DNA of 64,000 bases from the human T2T-CHM13v2.0 reference genome, Homo sapiens. Under the pieces are notes generated by a model. The model was not told where the DNA came from. It did not search any database and saw only the letters and a program-made list of their open reading frames with translations. Each line of letters starts with the position of its first letter. Within the stretch, counting starts at the first letter, position 1. Shown piece after piece: positions 28,501 through 43,482 of the stretch. A program made the translations under genes and the position numbers. The stretch lies in assembly GCF_009914755.1 (NCBI RefSeq), contig NC_060935.1. One strand, written 5' to 3'.

Positions 28501-30584
28501 AAAGCTGGAAGCATTCCCCCTGAAAACCGGCACAAGGCAAAGATGCCTTCTGTCGCCACTCTTATTCAGCATAGCATTGAAAGTTCTGGCAAGAGCAATC
28601 GAGCAAGAGAAAAAAATAAAGTGCACCCAAATCAGAAGAGAGGAAGTCCACCTATCTTTGTTTGCAGACAACACGATCCTGTATCTAGAAAACCCCATTG
28701 TCTCGGCCTAAACACTTCTTAAAGTAAGTAAGCAGAAAAGTCTCAGGATACAAAATCAATTGCAAAAATCATTAGATTGCCTATACACCAACAACAGTCA
28801 AACCAAGAGCCAGATCAGGAACAAACTCCCATTCACAATAAGGTATTTTAATCACAAAAACATTAAAATACCTAGGAATACAGCTAACCCGGATCTCTGC
28901 AAGGAGAACTACCCAAACCGCTGGTCAAAGAAATCAGAATGACACAAACAAATGGAAAAACACTCCATGCTCATGGATAGGAAGAATCATTATTGTTAAA
29001 ATGGCTATATCGCCCAAAGCACTTTAAAGATTCAATGCTATTTCTATTAAACCACCATTGAGATTCTTCACAGAACTGGAAAAAAAAGTTAAAAATTAAT
29101 ATGTAACTAAAAAAGAACCTGAATAACTAAGGCAATGCTAAGCAAAAAGAAGAAAGCTGGAGGCATCACGCTAACTGACTTTGTACTACAGAGCTACAGC
29201 AACCAAAACAGCATGGTACTGGTACGGATACACATAGACCAAATGAACAGAATAGAGAATCCAAAAATAATACTGCACACCTACAACAATCTGATCTTTG
29301 GAAAACCTGACAAAAACAAGCAATGGGGAAAGGATTCCCTATTCAATAAATAGTGCTGTGATAACTGGCTACCCATAAGCAGAAGATTAAAACTGGACCC
29401 CTTCCTAACACCATATACAAAAATTAACTCAAGATGGATTAGAGACTTAAATGTAAAATCTGAGACTAAAAAAACCCTGGAAGACAACCTAAGTAATACC
29501 ATCCAGAACATAGAAATGGGCAAAGATATCATGATGATGATGATAAAACCAATTGTAACAAAAGCAAAAACTGATAAGTGGGATCTAATTAAACTAAAGA
29601 GTTTCTGCACAGCAAAAGAAACATCAACAGAGTAAACAGACAACCTACAGAATGAGAGAAAATGTTTGCAAAATATGCATCTGACAAAGGTCTAATATCC
29701 AGCATCTATAAGGAACTTAAATTTACCAAAAAAAAAACCCATAAAAAAGTGGGAAAAAGACTAGAACAGACACTTTTCAAAAGACATTCATGTGTCCAAT
29801 ATCATATTTTTTAAAAGAGCTCAATATCACTGATTATTAGAGAAATGCAAACCAAAACCACAATGAGATACCATCTCACATCAGTCAGAATGGCTATTAC
29901 TTAAAAGTCAGAAAATAAAAGATGCTGGTGAGGTTGTGGAGAAAAAGGAATGCTTATACACTATTGGTAGGAGTGTAAATTAGTTAAACCATTGTGGAAG
30001 ACAGTGGCGATTCCTCAAAGACTTAAAAACAGAAATACCATTTGACCTAGCAATCCCATTACTAGGTATATACCCAAAGGAATATAAATCATTCTATTAT
30101 AAAAACACATGCACACATATGTTTATTGCAACACTATTCACAAGAGCAAAGACATGGAATCAACCTAAATGCCCATCAATGATTGATTGGAGAAAGAACA
30201 CATGCTATATATACACCATGGAAGACTATGCAGCCATAAAAAAGAATGAGGTCACGTCCTTTGCAGGGACATGGATGGAGGTGGAAGCCATAATCCTAAG
30301 CAAACTAATGGAGGAAAAGAATACTAGATACCACATGTTCTCACTTACAAGTGGGAGCTAAATGATGGGAACATGTGGACACATAGAGGGTAGCAACACA
30401 TACTGGTGCCTGTTAGAGGGTGGAGGGTGAGAGGAGGGAGAGAATCAGGAAAATTATCTAACGGGAACTAGGCTTAATACCTAGATGATAAAATAATCTG
30501 TACAACAAACCCCCATGACACAAGTTTAACTATGTAACGAACCTTCACTTGTACCCCTGAACTTAAAATAAAAGTTAAAAAAAA
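28501..30584 (+). mobile_element. 5'-truncated L1 (L1PA13-15-like): dead ORF2 RT/C-terminus and 3'UTR
   Basis: RT-region DNA ('tttgcagacaac', decayed FADD); ORF-track peptides 'KKKAGGITLTDF', 'WGKDSLFNK', 'MFSLTSGS'; L1P 3'UTR and A-tail; several frameshifts. Confidence 0.95.
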
Positions 30585-31919
30585 GTGTAGCACTATTGCG
30601 TCCAGATTTTGTTTACTGTTGTTGTTGTCATTTTTTAATAGACTGTTTTAAGAATCCTGTATCATCAAGACTCCTGTTGGCACATAGGGCAGTATTGTGT
30701 AGGAAGAGCTCATAAATTGATTATCTGAGTTAAAAATAATTAATCTCAGAATACGAAGATGCTTTAGGAAAATTTTATTAATTTATTAGTTTCACATTTT
30801 CCTTTTATGATTTCCTAAGAACAATATTTGATACAAATATATGAACAATTAAGTCCCAATCCAAATTTAAAAATAAAATTTATAAATTATAATACAGCAC
30901 GTTGTCAAATAGTAACTAGAAGTGTTATTTTTCTAAAATATATTAAATAATGGTGCATCTTAAAATAATGGTTTATCTATTTAGATTTAAAGAAATGTGA
31001 TATTTTGGTCATTTTATTTACTCCTTTACTTCTCAACTGGGTCAAACATTAAGTAGTAAAGAATACTATCCTTTCAATGGTCCCAACACCATTTTTGAGA
31101 GGGAAGAAAAGGAACAGAATTCTAAGACTGAGCTTTTACATAAAATTGACTGTTTTAAATGAAAGGAAACTCTTTAAACCTGAAAAGAATCAGGTATGTT
31201 TCATTAGCAAGCTTAAGCTGACATACCACCTAATAGGTTCAGGATGTTCACTTAAGAAACATTATACCCATTGCAAGAAATAAAAAAGCTACACTTAATT
31301 CATGAATTTTAGTTAATACTCAGTAAATATCCAGCCTGGTTACACCCATTACTGGAGACCAGGACATAGCGTCTTAGAGTGTGTGAGTTAACCTGCCCAA
31401 GGTCACACAGTTAGTGTGAAGAAGCTGAGTTGAACACAGGTACCCTCATTTCAAAGCCTTTGGTCTTCCCACAGTGTCTTTTTTTCCTACACATTCCATT
31501 TTTGTTATATAGAGTTTAATTCTGTCTCAACTTGGCAGTCTTTACTTTGGGGCTACCTGAAGTAGGCAAAAGACCAATGAACTCATAATGCTTGAAAGGG
31601 ATTTTTTTATTATTATTAAAAAATTTTAACTTTTAGAGTATAAGTGAGTGTATACATCTGCAACTATAAGGGGAACTTGGAAGGTTCTTCAATACACACT
31701 TGAAATGAATCCATGGTTAATAAGGCTCAGCTTTGAAACTAATGAATATTTAATTAAATGTTTGACTTCATCAAGGAGACTTAGTAAATTGCTGTCAAAA
31801 GCGTTATGCCTACTAACATCCTTTCACGGTTATGGAGGTACCTAGAGCTAAAGCACAGACAAGATGATCAAGATTCAGAGGATGTCAATCTGGCAAGGTC
31901 TGTAGAGATCACTTCATCT

Positions 31920-32192
31920 GGGGCTCCCTAACATGTGTTCTGTTCAACACAGTTCCAGATATTATCTAAGAACAGGGGTCTTTTTGTCAAATGAGCAGAC
32001 AGGGCAATCACTGTAAGACTCACATGGCCTGTCGGCCTCACAAAAGCTCAAAAGTATATATTAAATCTATTTAACTCAGTCTTTTCTAAAACTGATTTTG
32101 CCATTTAAAACTGGTCCCTGTGTGTTTCACCACATACCAACAGCCAAAGGAGAAGGTGGTTTTTGTAACATATTTTGGAAAATGCTGATTTA
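31920..32192. mobile_element. Possible hAT-Charlie fragment within a MIR
   Basis: Charlie-like ends ('ctccctaacatgtgttctgttcaacac', 'ttttggaaaatgctgattta'); heavily decayed. Confidence 0.35.
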
Positions 32193-33104
32193 ATATGAAT
32201 AGCACATCATTTTTTGGCAAAAATGAGGAAAACAAAGCCAAAAGATGTTAGGTTACCTAGCCTGGACCATCTAGCAAACTAGTGGTAGAGTGGCTGGGTC
32301 CACTACCCAACCCTACTGTTTTTCTGGATTACAAAGATTTCAGAACCTTATATTTGATGAGGTTTCTGATGTGTTGAATTTGATTGAATGGTCTTTAGCG
32401 AACTCACGAGTTTTATATTTTTCCTTCTTGTTTTAACATATACCCGAGGAACTGGGTTCTCCTATAATTATGCAAAGCTTCATCTTCACTTAATTTCAAC
32501 ATTTAATCAAATGTTGCTTAGTATCCCTCCCTCAATCATTCCCCAGAGATACTGATTGCTTTACATACATCTCTACCATGAATGTTCTTAATTGTGAAAG
32601 AGTTTGAATGGATACAGGTTTTTAATTTGATTTACAAAAATCTCTTAAGTGGTCTTCATTGCCTTTAGTGGAAAGTATCTTTATTTCTTTTCTGTTTGAA
32701 GAAGTGTTAATTAAATACTTTGAGTTAACTTAAAATTAACAGTGGATATAATTTGATGTCTTTCTATTGAATCAGCAAGTTCTAAATGAAAACTCTCAGG
32801 TCAAGAGGGTTCCTATTTTAGGTGTGGTTAATCTAAGTTAATAGAGCATTTCTGAGAATGAATCATATGCTATTCTATTATTACATTTTGTACAAAGAAA
32901 ATATTGAAACAGAATCAAAAATATCAAAACAAAATGAATTGAAAGAGAACTGGCTTTCTCGATTCATTAAGTCATTCAAAAAGTCCAGGGGTACTGTTGG
33001 CATTCATGGAACTTGTCATCTGATAGCACTAGACTCACAGAACTGTCAGAGCTGAAAAATCCTTGGAAATAACATTGTTCCATTTCAAAACACTGAGTCC
33101 CATA

Positions 33105-33327
33105 AAAGGGAGTCATGAGTTCTTTGTGGCCCTCTCTCCAGGGTCTCACAGAGCTGCAATCAAGATGTCAGCCCAGCTGTGTTGCTTTCTGGAGGTTAGG
33201 GTCCCATTCAAAGTTCACATAGTTGTTAGCAGAATTCCATTTCTTACCGTCATAGAACTCAGGTCCCTGGGTTATTTTTTTGGTTGTTTTGTTTTGTGGG
33301 TTTTTTGTTTGTTTGTTTGTTTCTTGT

Positions 33328-33367
<40 letters not shown>

Positions 33368-33728
33368 CCCATCAGCTTTTTGTTTCTCACAGCCATTCAT
33401 GGTTCCTTGCCACATGGCCCCTAAATGACATAACAGCTTCTTCAAGGGCAGTAGGAGAACCTTTCCCATTCCTCCCTTAATTGCTTACTTGATTCAGGTC
33501 TAACCAGAATCATCTGCCTTTTAGACTAATTCACTATCAACTGATTAGGGATCTTAGTTATATCTGCAAAACCCCTTTACCTTTGCCATGTAATATAACC
33601 TAATCAGACAGTGACATCTATTACATTTATAATTCCCAGCACAGTCAAGGGGAGAAGATTGTGCAGGGTGTGTTAACTAGGCAGGTGGGGATCTTGGGGC
33701 TGTCTTAGAATTCTAACTCTCCACCACA
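33105..33728 (-). mobile_element. MaLR LTR (MLT1E/F-like) with an internal T-rich expansion
   Basis: 'cagggtctcacagagctgcaatcaagatgtcagcc', 'atctgcaaaacccctttacctttgccatgtaatataacc', 'atcttggggctgtcttagaattc..ccaccaca'; T-rich/poly-T run at 33271-33363. Confidence 0.8.
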
Positions 33729-33862
33729 CTGCAGTAGCTTTCACCTCTTTTCAGAGGCAGACATATGAAGTTTTTGTTGCTTAAATTTCAGGTCTTCTTA
33801 CTTGCATGGGCCACTGTAGTGTTGGAAATGACTGGGAGTTAGAGAGTGTTCTAGGCAGATAG

Positions 33863-34178
<316 letters not shown>

Positions 34179-34561
34179 GGAGTTAAGTTTTTATAAGAAC
34201 GAATGTCCATATAGGTGTGTCTATGTCAGCATGTCTTGTTCAAGAAGGACCTAAAATCTCAAGTTACTTGTTTTAATTTTTTAAATTCCAAATAAATATA
34301 CACTTCCTTACCTAATGGTGTATGTGGGTGTCTTCCTAAAGAAGGGCTCCTTTTTGTTAGCTTGTGGTCTCAAAATCCTGGCTCTGCTGCTGCTTCCTGC
34401 CACTCACCGTGACTGTTAGTAAGAACACTCGGAACTGTTTCCCATCTTAGAATTCACCAGGATTTGTCAGGTTTATATAACATAGCATAAGTGCTCAAAA
34501 ATGCCAATACATAAATAAAGGAAAGCAAGAAAAAGAAGCAAAAAGGTAAAAGAGAAAACAA

Positions 34562-34882
<321 letters not shown>

Positions 34883-35489
34883 TTACAATTTGCAAATCAG
34901 AAATTATTCTTTCCATCTTGCAGCTACAAAACCTGAAGCGCAGAAGATACATATGTTATGTGTAGAATCACACAACTTGATGATACAAAATGGAACTAAA
35001 TTCAAGTTTCTTTACAGGAAGTCTAGTTTCTTTCTATCATTGAGTTAATGTGACTCCTCACTAAATACACATCCCATGAGGTATTAATTCCTAATTGCTT
35101 GCAGAGGGTATATCAGCATAATGAGAAAATCTGTATTCTAGGTACACAGAGTAACATGGTACACAAATCTCATATTGTAATTCTAAATCCAGGGATCTCT
35201 GAGTTGTGCAGAGAGGCCCATAAGTCACCACCAGTCAATAATTGCCCTGAAAATATTACCCTAAAAAGCAGGGAATCTAAGGTAAAAAGGATAATAAGAA
35301 AAATAGACTGTGGCATGGCAGCTAAGTAGTCAGGTTTAGAAGTCAGATTGACAGGGAGAAGTGTGAATCTACTATTATCTTGGGCAAATCAAGCATATTT
35401 CTTTTCTGTAAAATAGAGATAATAATATTTCCTACCTCTTGAAACTGTTGTGCAGATTAATTTACATAATGCATGTGAAGTTCTCAGTA

Positions 35490-35830
35490 TCTGAGTTCTA
35501 AAGTACCAGGAATAGCTCTCCATCAGTCTTAACTACAGATTGGCCCAAGCACACCTGTATAAACTGTAACCTAACCCTAAACTTTAACCCTAAACCTAAC
35601 TCTAACTCTAACCCTAACACTAACCCTAACCCTAACCCTAAATTTTAACCCTAAACCTAACTCTAACTCTAACCCTAACACTAACACTAACCCTAACCTT
35701 ATCCCTAACCCTAACCAATACTATTGTTGGATCTGTATAAAGGCTTCATTCCCATGCAACCTCCTATGAGTGCTTTCTGGATGGTTTAGCACTCTAGTTT
35801 GTCCCAGTGCCTAAAATGGACAAAAATTTG
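35490..35830. repeat. Probable MamRep605-like ancient mammalian repeat hosting the telomere-like array
   Basis: Flanks 'ctccatcagtcttaactacagattggcccaagcacacctg' and 'ggatctgtataaaggcttcattcccatgcaacctcc...ggatggttt' resemble my recollection of MamRep605, which carries TAACCC repeats; unverified. Confidence 0.55.
35564..35716 (-). repeat. Interstitial telomere-like array (TTAGGG)n, degenerate
   Basis: About 25 hexamer-sized units; 11 perfect CCCTAA plus CTCTAA/CACTAA/ACCTAA variants on the + strand. Confidence 0.95.
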
Positions 35831-35889
35831 CAATGCAGCATTGTATGTGTAAATTATTTTATTGGAATTTGCTTATGTTTCAAGAATGG

Positions 35890-36830
35890 ATAGTTTGATA
35901 TATTTTTACAACTAAAAACATACATATAACTAGCACCCTAGACAGCTCTTGTGTTCCCATCCAGTCTCTATTCCCAGCCCTCACCCAGGGCTAACTTCTG
36001 TTCTGACTTCCAACAACATAAATTAGGTTAGCTCATTTTGAATTTAATATAAAATTGATTCTTATTGTATGTTCTCTATTTTGTCTGAAGTTTCCCCCAA
36101 TATTAATTTTGTGTAATCTACATTTGCAAATGTAATTGGTGATCACCTTGCTCTCACTGCTTTATAGTATTCTGTTGTGTGAACATACAACTAATTTATT
36201 CATTTACTATTGGGCATTCATATAGGTTTTGATTTGTGGCACTTATGAACAGGGTTTCAATAAACATTCTAGGATGTGAATATTGGCAAATACACATATA
36301 CATTCTGTTGATATATCTAAAATTGGATTGCTGAGGGTATATATGGGTTCACCTATAGTATATATTGTCAAATAGTTCTCAAGATGGCTGTACCAAATTA
36401 CACCCCCACCATTAGAGTAGGAGAGTTCTGGTTCATCCAGTTGCCAACACTTGGTATTTTCCATCTTGTTCATCTTAGCTATATTCTGGTGAGTACATAT
36501 TAGTATAGCATTTTTTTTTTTTTTTGTAATTTACATTACCTGGTGACTAATGAACTTGAGTACTTTTTCATGTGTTTTAATATCTATTTGGATATCCTTG
36601 TTTTTGAAGTACCCAAGTCCTTTGCTCATTTTTTCCATTGCCTTGTCTGCCATTTTCCTATTGATTTATAGACATTGTTTATATAGCCTAGATATAAGTT
36701 ATTTGTCAGATATATGTATTATAAATATCTTCTTCTAGTCTATTTTTTTGCTTTCCTGATAACTAGATGTTCTTAATTGTAATATATGGTGACATTTATC
36801 AAATTTTAAAAATTTTTATGGGTTCTATTA
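35890..36830 (-). mobile_element. Old L1M (L1ME-like) 3' fragment
   Basis: 'ctaacttctgttctgacttccaacaacataaattag', 'tagtattctgttgtgtgaacatacaactaatttattcattt', 'cagatatatgtattataaatatcttc'. Confidence 0.8.
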
Positions 36831-37221
36831 GCTCTGTTACAAGTAACTTCTTCTTTCCTTTCCCAAATAGTAGGAGTGCATCAAAGTTCAAACAGTATAA
36901 TTATGGAATGTAATTTTATTGCTGTCATACCAGGCCTGTGTTTCCCTTTGGTCTACTGGAGGCCTGAACTGATTTATCTTCCCTTAAGTTACCCAAAGTC
37001 TCTCTTATTTTACCATTTTCTTCAAAATTAATTCTAACCATTAACATGTATAGGAGAATCATCAGCTTTAGCAGGGTAAAATAGCATCACTTAGTAATTT
37101 AGAAAGAGAGTGGGGTAGACAATAAGGCAGATGATAGGGAGAAACAGTATATTTTGAAAGGGCTGGGAAGTTGTAAATCATATCTGTATAAATGTAATTG
37201 AAGTTAAGTAGTTAAGTAGCA

Positions 37222-37305
37222 TATTAAGAAACTTGACCTATGCGCATGGTATTTAAGAAACTTGACCTATGCATATGATATTTAAGAAACTTGACCTATG
37301 TGTAC
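37222..37305. repeat. 29-bp minisatellite, 3 copies
   Basis: TTAAGAAACTTGACCTATG starts at 37224, 37253 and 37282. Confidence 0.95.
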
Positions 37306-38184
37306 ATACAGGATTGACACTGTGACCTACACATTCATTTATTAGCTACCTACTATTTTATATTATTCTGATAGTTTTGCCTAATATATATTTGAGTATT
37401 CATTGGATTTACGTTTGTCCAAATAAAGAACTGAAACTTATTTCAGCCTAAAAAATTATTACCCACATCATTCTACTATAGAAGGCACACAGTCGTTTCT
37501 GCGAATGATCTCAAAATGAAGTGGGTAAAATAAATCTCTACAAACCTGACACGAACATTTTGCAGCATTGTAAAAAGCAGTGTTTGTTTCACCCAGTATT
37601 CTTGGAACATAGGGACATTGAACCTTAGGAGGAGAACATCTTGACAATAAGAGGTGCCTGGAGCTAGGTCTCAAAGAATGAGAACTTCTCCAGGTAGAAA
37701 AAATACGGTAGCTTGTTCGTTAAAAAAAAAAAAAAAAAGTCACCTCACCAAAAATAACCCAGAAGACAGCTCAAACAAAGTCCTATACTTACTTAAACCA
37801 CCACTTCAGGCAATGGGGTTTGTGAGCTTTGGACACAATCACACATAATTCATGGAAAAACCTGCGGTTTTAGACAAAAGGAGAGAAAGAAGGTTTTGCT
37901 GTCTTGTCTGTCTTTGGTGCATACAGACCATGAGATATCTCGGAGAATCCTTGGAGGAAAATAATGCACAGGGTAATCTTAGCAGCACAGCTGATGGGCC
38001 CTGTAGGCAATATCTGAGGTGAGAAGTTAGACTCCAAGACCAGGCATCAGATTCTTCATAGGGCATAGTCTGGTCTTAGACACTATCTTGGACAAATGAA
38101 TAACTGTATGTAAAATCTGCCCCAAAGGCTGAAACTTTTCATTTATATATCTGGTCCCTTAAAAATACTCAAACATGCCCTTGT

Positions 38185-38500
38185 TAACTGCTATCCAATC
38201 TAAACATCATGCAAGCCACACATAAAATGTTAAATGTTTTAGTAGCCATATTAAAAAAATAAAAAGAAACAGGGAAAATCAATTTTAATAAGATATTTTA
38301 TTTAACCCAATAGGACTGAAATATCATTTCAATATAGAAGTTATTAATGGGAATATTTTACATTATATTTTTAAATATGGAGTAAGTCTTCTAAATGAAG
38401 TATGTATTTTACACTTTAAAACACATCTCATTTTGGGCTAGACACATTTCATATGCTCAATAACCACATGTGTTTAGTAGCTACTATATTGAACAATGAG
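38185..38500. mobile_element. MER33 hAT-Charlie MITE
   Basis: 'gctatccaat...aaaagaaacagggaaaatcaattttaataagatattttatttaacccaata...tagacacatttcatatgctcaataaccacatgtg..tagtagctactatattgaaca'. Confidence 0.85.
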
Positions 38501-38574
38501 AATGATTTTAAAAGAGTATTAAAAATTGAGCTTAAAGCTATTTACGTCATTTAAGGAATACCTTCGAAATTACC

Positions 38575-39889
<1,315 letters not shown>

Positions 39890-40793
39890 TATTGTCTTTT
39901 GATGAAAGAGCTCTGCCTTCTATAAATATATAGACTACCAAACAATTTGATGAGTTCAGTATTTCAGGTCTAGTTTTGGTTTGATACCCCTTAGGCCTAC
40001 ACCTTTCAACCCCCATCTCTCATTCCTTGTGTGTGCCACACAGGGACTAGCTCTAGGCTAGTCTTTCACACTGAACTCCTTTGTTAATATGAAGATTGCC
40101 AGGTGTTTTCATGCATTAATGCCTAATTGAGAACCTTCTCTGAAGCATTCAGAAAAAATGAAAGAGAATTGAAAATGGAGAGCTTTCTAGTGAAATTTTA
40201 CATCAAGAAATCATCTCGTAGGTTTATCAATCCATGTGGAATGTTTCTCTTCGATTTGAAAAGAAGAGCTAGATGTGGAGACCTATACAAGCACATGGCA
40301 TCAAGAACCACACCCACAGTTTATTCTAAATAGTGTTACTTGCCAGGTACTGGTTAATTAATTTGCACCATGATCTCATTTAATCCTTAAAAAAAAATCC
40401 CCATACACAGGTGCTAGTACTATTGTTTCTACTCAACAGTTGAGGAAACTGAACCTGAAAGACTAACTTGCCCATAGCCAGCCTGCTACAGACTGAATGA
40501 GGTGAAGCCCGGGGTCCTAATCTCTCTGACCTTGGTTAAGCTCACTTATCTGATTTCACTTTAACCACTGTACAAAATAGGTTGTAATAAAGCCAGTCTT
40601 CTCAGACTATCCTGCTTCATAGCCTATTAAAGGGAATTCTGTCTGTGCTTGGTAAACAAGGTTTTACATGTAATTTTAAAAATAAGCAATATTTGTTTTC
40701 AGAATACTCTTAAATTGTGGCTCAGCAGTGCAATCACCATAAACATGGCTGAAAATTTTAACTACACTTATCTGTATGAAGAATCATGAGAAG

Positions 40794-41090
40794 TCCTGGC
40801 GTGGTGGCTCACGCCTATAATCCTAGCACTTTGGAAAGCAAAAGGTGGGTGGATCACTCTGAGCTCAGGAGTTTGAGACCAGCCTGGACAACATGGTGAA
40901 ACCCCACCTCTATCAAAAATACAAAAATTAGCTGGGCATGGTGGTGCATGCCTGTAGTCCCAGCTACTTGGAAGGCTGAGGCATGAGAATTGCTTGAACC
41001 TGGGAGGCATAGGTTACAGATCACACTACTACACTCCAGCAAGGGCAACAGAGCAAGACCCTGTCTCAAAAAAAAAAAAAAAAAAGAAAG
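40794..41090 (+). mobile_element. Alu (Jb/Sx-like), the only + strand Alu
   Basis: Full dimer with poly-A; TSD AATCATGAGAAG on both flanks. Confidence 0.94.
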
Positions 41091-41299
41091 AAATCATGAG
41101 AAGAGAGGGCATGAGAGCATACTCAATGGAAAATACTCTGGGAAATTGTGTTATTGAATAATGCAATATGTATTTGTTTTCACAATTTGATTTTATATTT
41201 GGATCTTGATATAAATATGCAGATTTGGTTAGTAATAGAACTGTAGTAAAAAATTTCCACTAACAAATATTTTTGTACTTTTTAAAGATTTTAACTTAG

Positions 41300-41985
41300 A
41301 AAGCAACATTGTATAATGGAAAACACATAGGTTTCAGAACCAGAGTGAATATGAATCAAATCCAGATTCTACCACTTATTAACTGAATGACTTAAGAAAG
41401 CTTCTTAAATATTTTGTGCCCCAGTTACCTCATTGATATAATAATAGAAGATTGTTAAAAAGAGCATAATAAAGGATTGTTATGAAGGCCAGACAAAATA
41501 GCACACATGAAGTACATGGCCCACAGTTAATCTCACTATGTCACAATACGTCCAGCTACGCCATAGTGATAACTTATGATATACAAAACGATAATGCACA
41601 CAGTAGAGATTGCTGAGTTAATGGTGGTTTGGATGCATGATGTCATGTGATCCTCACTGAAATTCTTTGAGGAGTGTATTGCTGTTATGTTCCTGTTACT
41701 ATATTATAGTTGCTGTTATCTTGTTGTTAATTACAAATAAGAAAAACAGACAGGAATGCAAAAAAGTTTGTCAAAGAGCTCCAGTCAAGGAAGTCAGTAT
41801 TTGAATCTAGTATTGTCTGAGAGCAATGTATGCATTTTAATTCTCTACTACTTATTTCTACCTGTGAGTTCAATGAACAATAAGACAGGGTCTAACCTAT
41901 TCCTATTGTAACCTAACATCCTGCTTAATGCATGATGATACTCAGTAGGCTCAATAAATAACTGGTAAACTAATGAATGAGAACT
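41300..41985. mobile_element. MIR(+)/MIR(-)/L2 fragment cluster
   Basis: 'caaatccagattctaccacttattaactgaatgactt', 'ttacaaataagaaaaacagac', 'cagtaggctcaataaata..taatgaatga'. Confidence 0.6.
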
Positions 41986-42029
41986 TCTCTCTCTAGGACT
42001 AATAAAATTTCACCAAATTAGAGTGAAAT

Positions 42030-42345
42030 TTCTTTCTGTTTTTTTTTTTTTTTTTTTTTTTTTTTGAGACAGAGTCTCGCTCTGTCGTCCAGGCTGGAGT
42101 GCAATGGTGCGATCTTGGCTCACTGCAACCTCTGCCTCTTGGGTTCAAGTGATTCTCCTGCCTCAGCCTATTGAGTAGCTGGGATTACAGGTGCGCACCA
42201 CCACACCCGGCTAATTTTTGTATTTTTAGTAGAGACAAGATTTCACCATGTTGGTCCAGCTGGTCTCGAACCCCTGACCTCGTGATCTGCCTGCCTCACC
42301 TTCTCAAAGTGCTGGGATTGCAGGCGTGAGCCACCAAGCCCGGCC
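42030..42345 (-). mobile_element. AluS (Sg/Sc-like)
   Basis: Full dimer with long poly-T; TSD AAATTTCTT on both flanks. Confidence 0.94.
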
Positions 42346-43446
42346 AAAATTTCTTAATTCTCAGGCCCAGCTTTATTCTCTTTTCTTCCTTGCTGGCAAA
42401 AATGATTTTTTAACAGGACTAAAACACTCATTGCTCATTCTTTTGTATAAAAACTACATAAGCAGCCTCCAAACCCATCCAACTTAGAATAAAAAGAGTA
42501 AGTGACAAGTGTATTATTAAAGTTTTGATTAGTACTATTAGCCAAGGTCCAAAGAGGGTTTTTTGTTTGATAGTTTCAAAAAATCAAAAAGGCACATTTA
42601 ATGTAGGTTCCTATGCATTTGCCACAAAGTGAATGACTGACACTTCAGATTGTCAAAATGTCAAATTCCTTTAAAGGCTTCCAAACCGAATGGTGTAGAG
42701 GCAACTGCTTTTTATATAGACAGACTGCTAATTTTGGAGTTTAACCTATTCTTTGCTGAATTAATTTAGGTTAGCATTCTTGATTTGTACTCTCGCTACG
42801 CTTAGAAACAATCTTAATCAGGGTTAGATTAGCAATGCTGTCTGTGAACCAATGTGGAGCACTATGCCCAGATGTGGCATCATGGCCTGTCAAATTCATT
42901 GTCCTCAAGCAAGAAAGAGAATTGTCATTCTCATCACTTTCTGACGCAGCTTGGGAGGTGATCTTACAATTTGACTCATGTTTTCAAATAAAGAGGTGTG
43001 AACTTGATCCATGAGTGGTACTGCATGGTTCAGCCATGTGAAGGTAGAACCTGTTCTGCTTCCATTTAGAACCCTCACAGTAGGCCCTGTTCCATTCAGA
43101 ACAGTCACAGCAGGTAACACTTGGCCCACATTCTAATTTGAGGAAAATCCAGAAAATTCTTATTTATGAGTCTTCATCACCACTAAGCTTTGGAATGAGA
43201 TTTGCATCCAGGTGGGATAGGGGAAGTGTATCTAAAAGAAAAACGGGCTTTGAAATCAAATAGATTTTTGTTAAGTCACTGTTCTGTCACTTAGAAGCTT
43301 GTATGCCAATGAGGACCAATTCATTTTAATGGCTATAAAATAAGTTGCTAACACCAACAGTTTTCCAAATGTATGTTAATTGGTTTTACCAGAAATCCTG
43401 CAAAAATTACTTGAAACATTTGTTGCAATTTCATTACCATGTTAAA

Positions 43447-43447
<1 letters not shown>

Positions 43448-43482
<35 letters not shown>

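Noticed and set aside
35555-35741. CTGTATAAA direct repeat (35555-35563 and 35733-35741) as the TSD of a telomerase-mediated insertion
   Set aside because: The right copy is 16 bp away from the array, and both flanks appear to be part of a host repeat that natively contains TAACCC units, so coincidence is more likely; not fully excluded without an ortholog alignment.
37222-37305. CRISPR-like repeat-spacer array
   Set aside because: The linkers are only 10 bp and similar to each other, there are no cas genes, and the context is primate DNA; it is an ordinary minisatellite.
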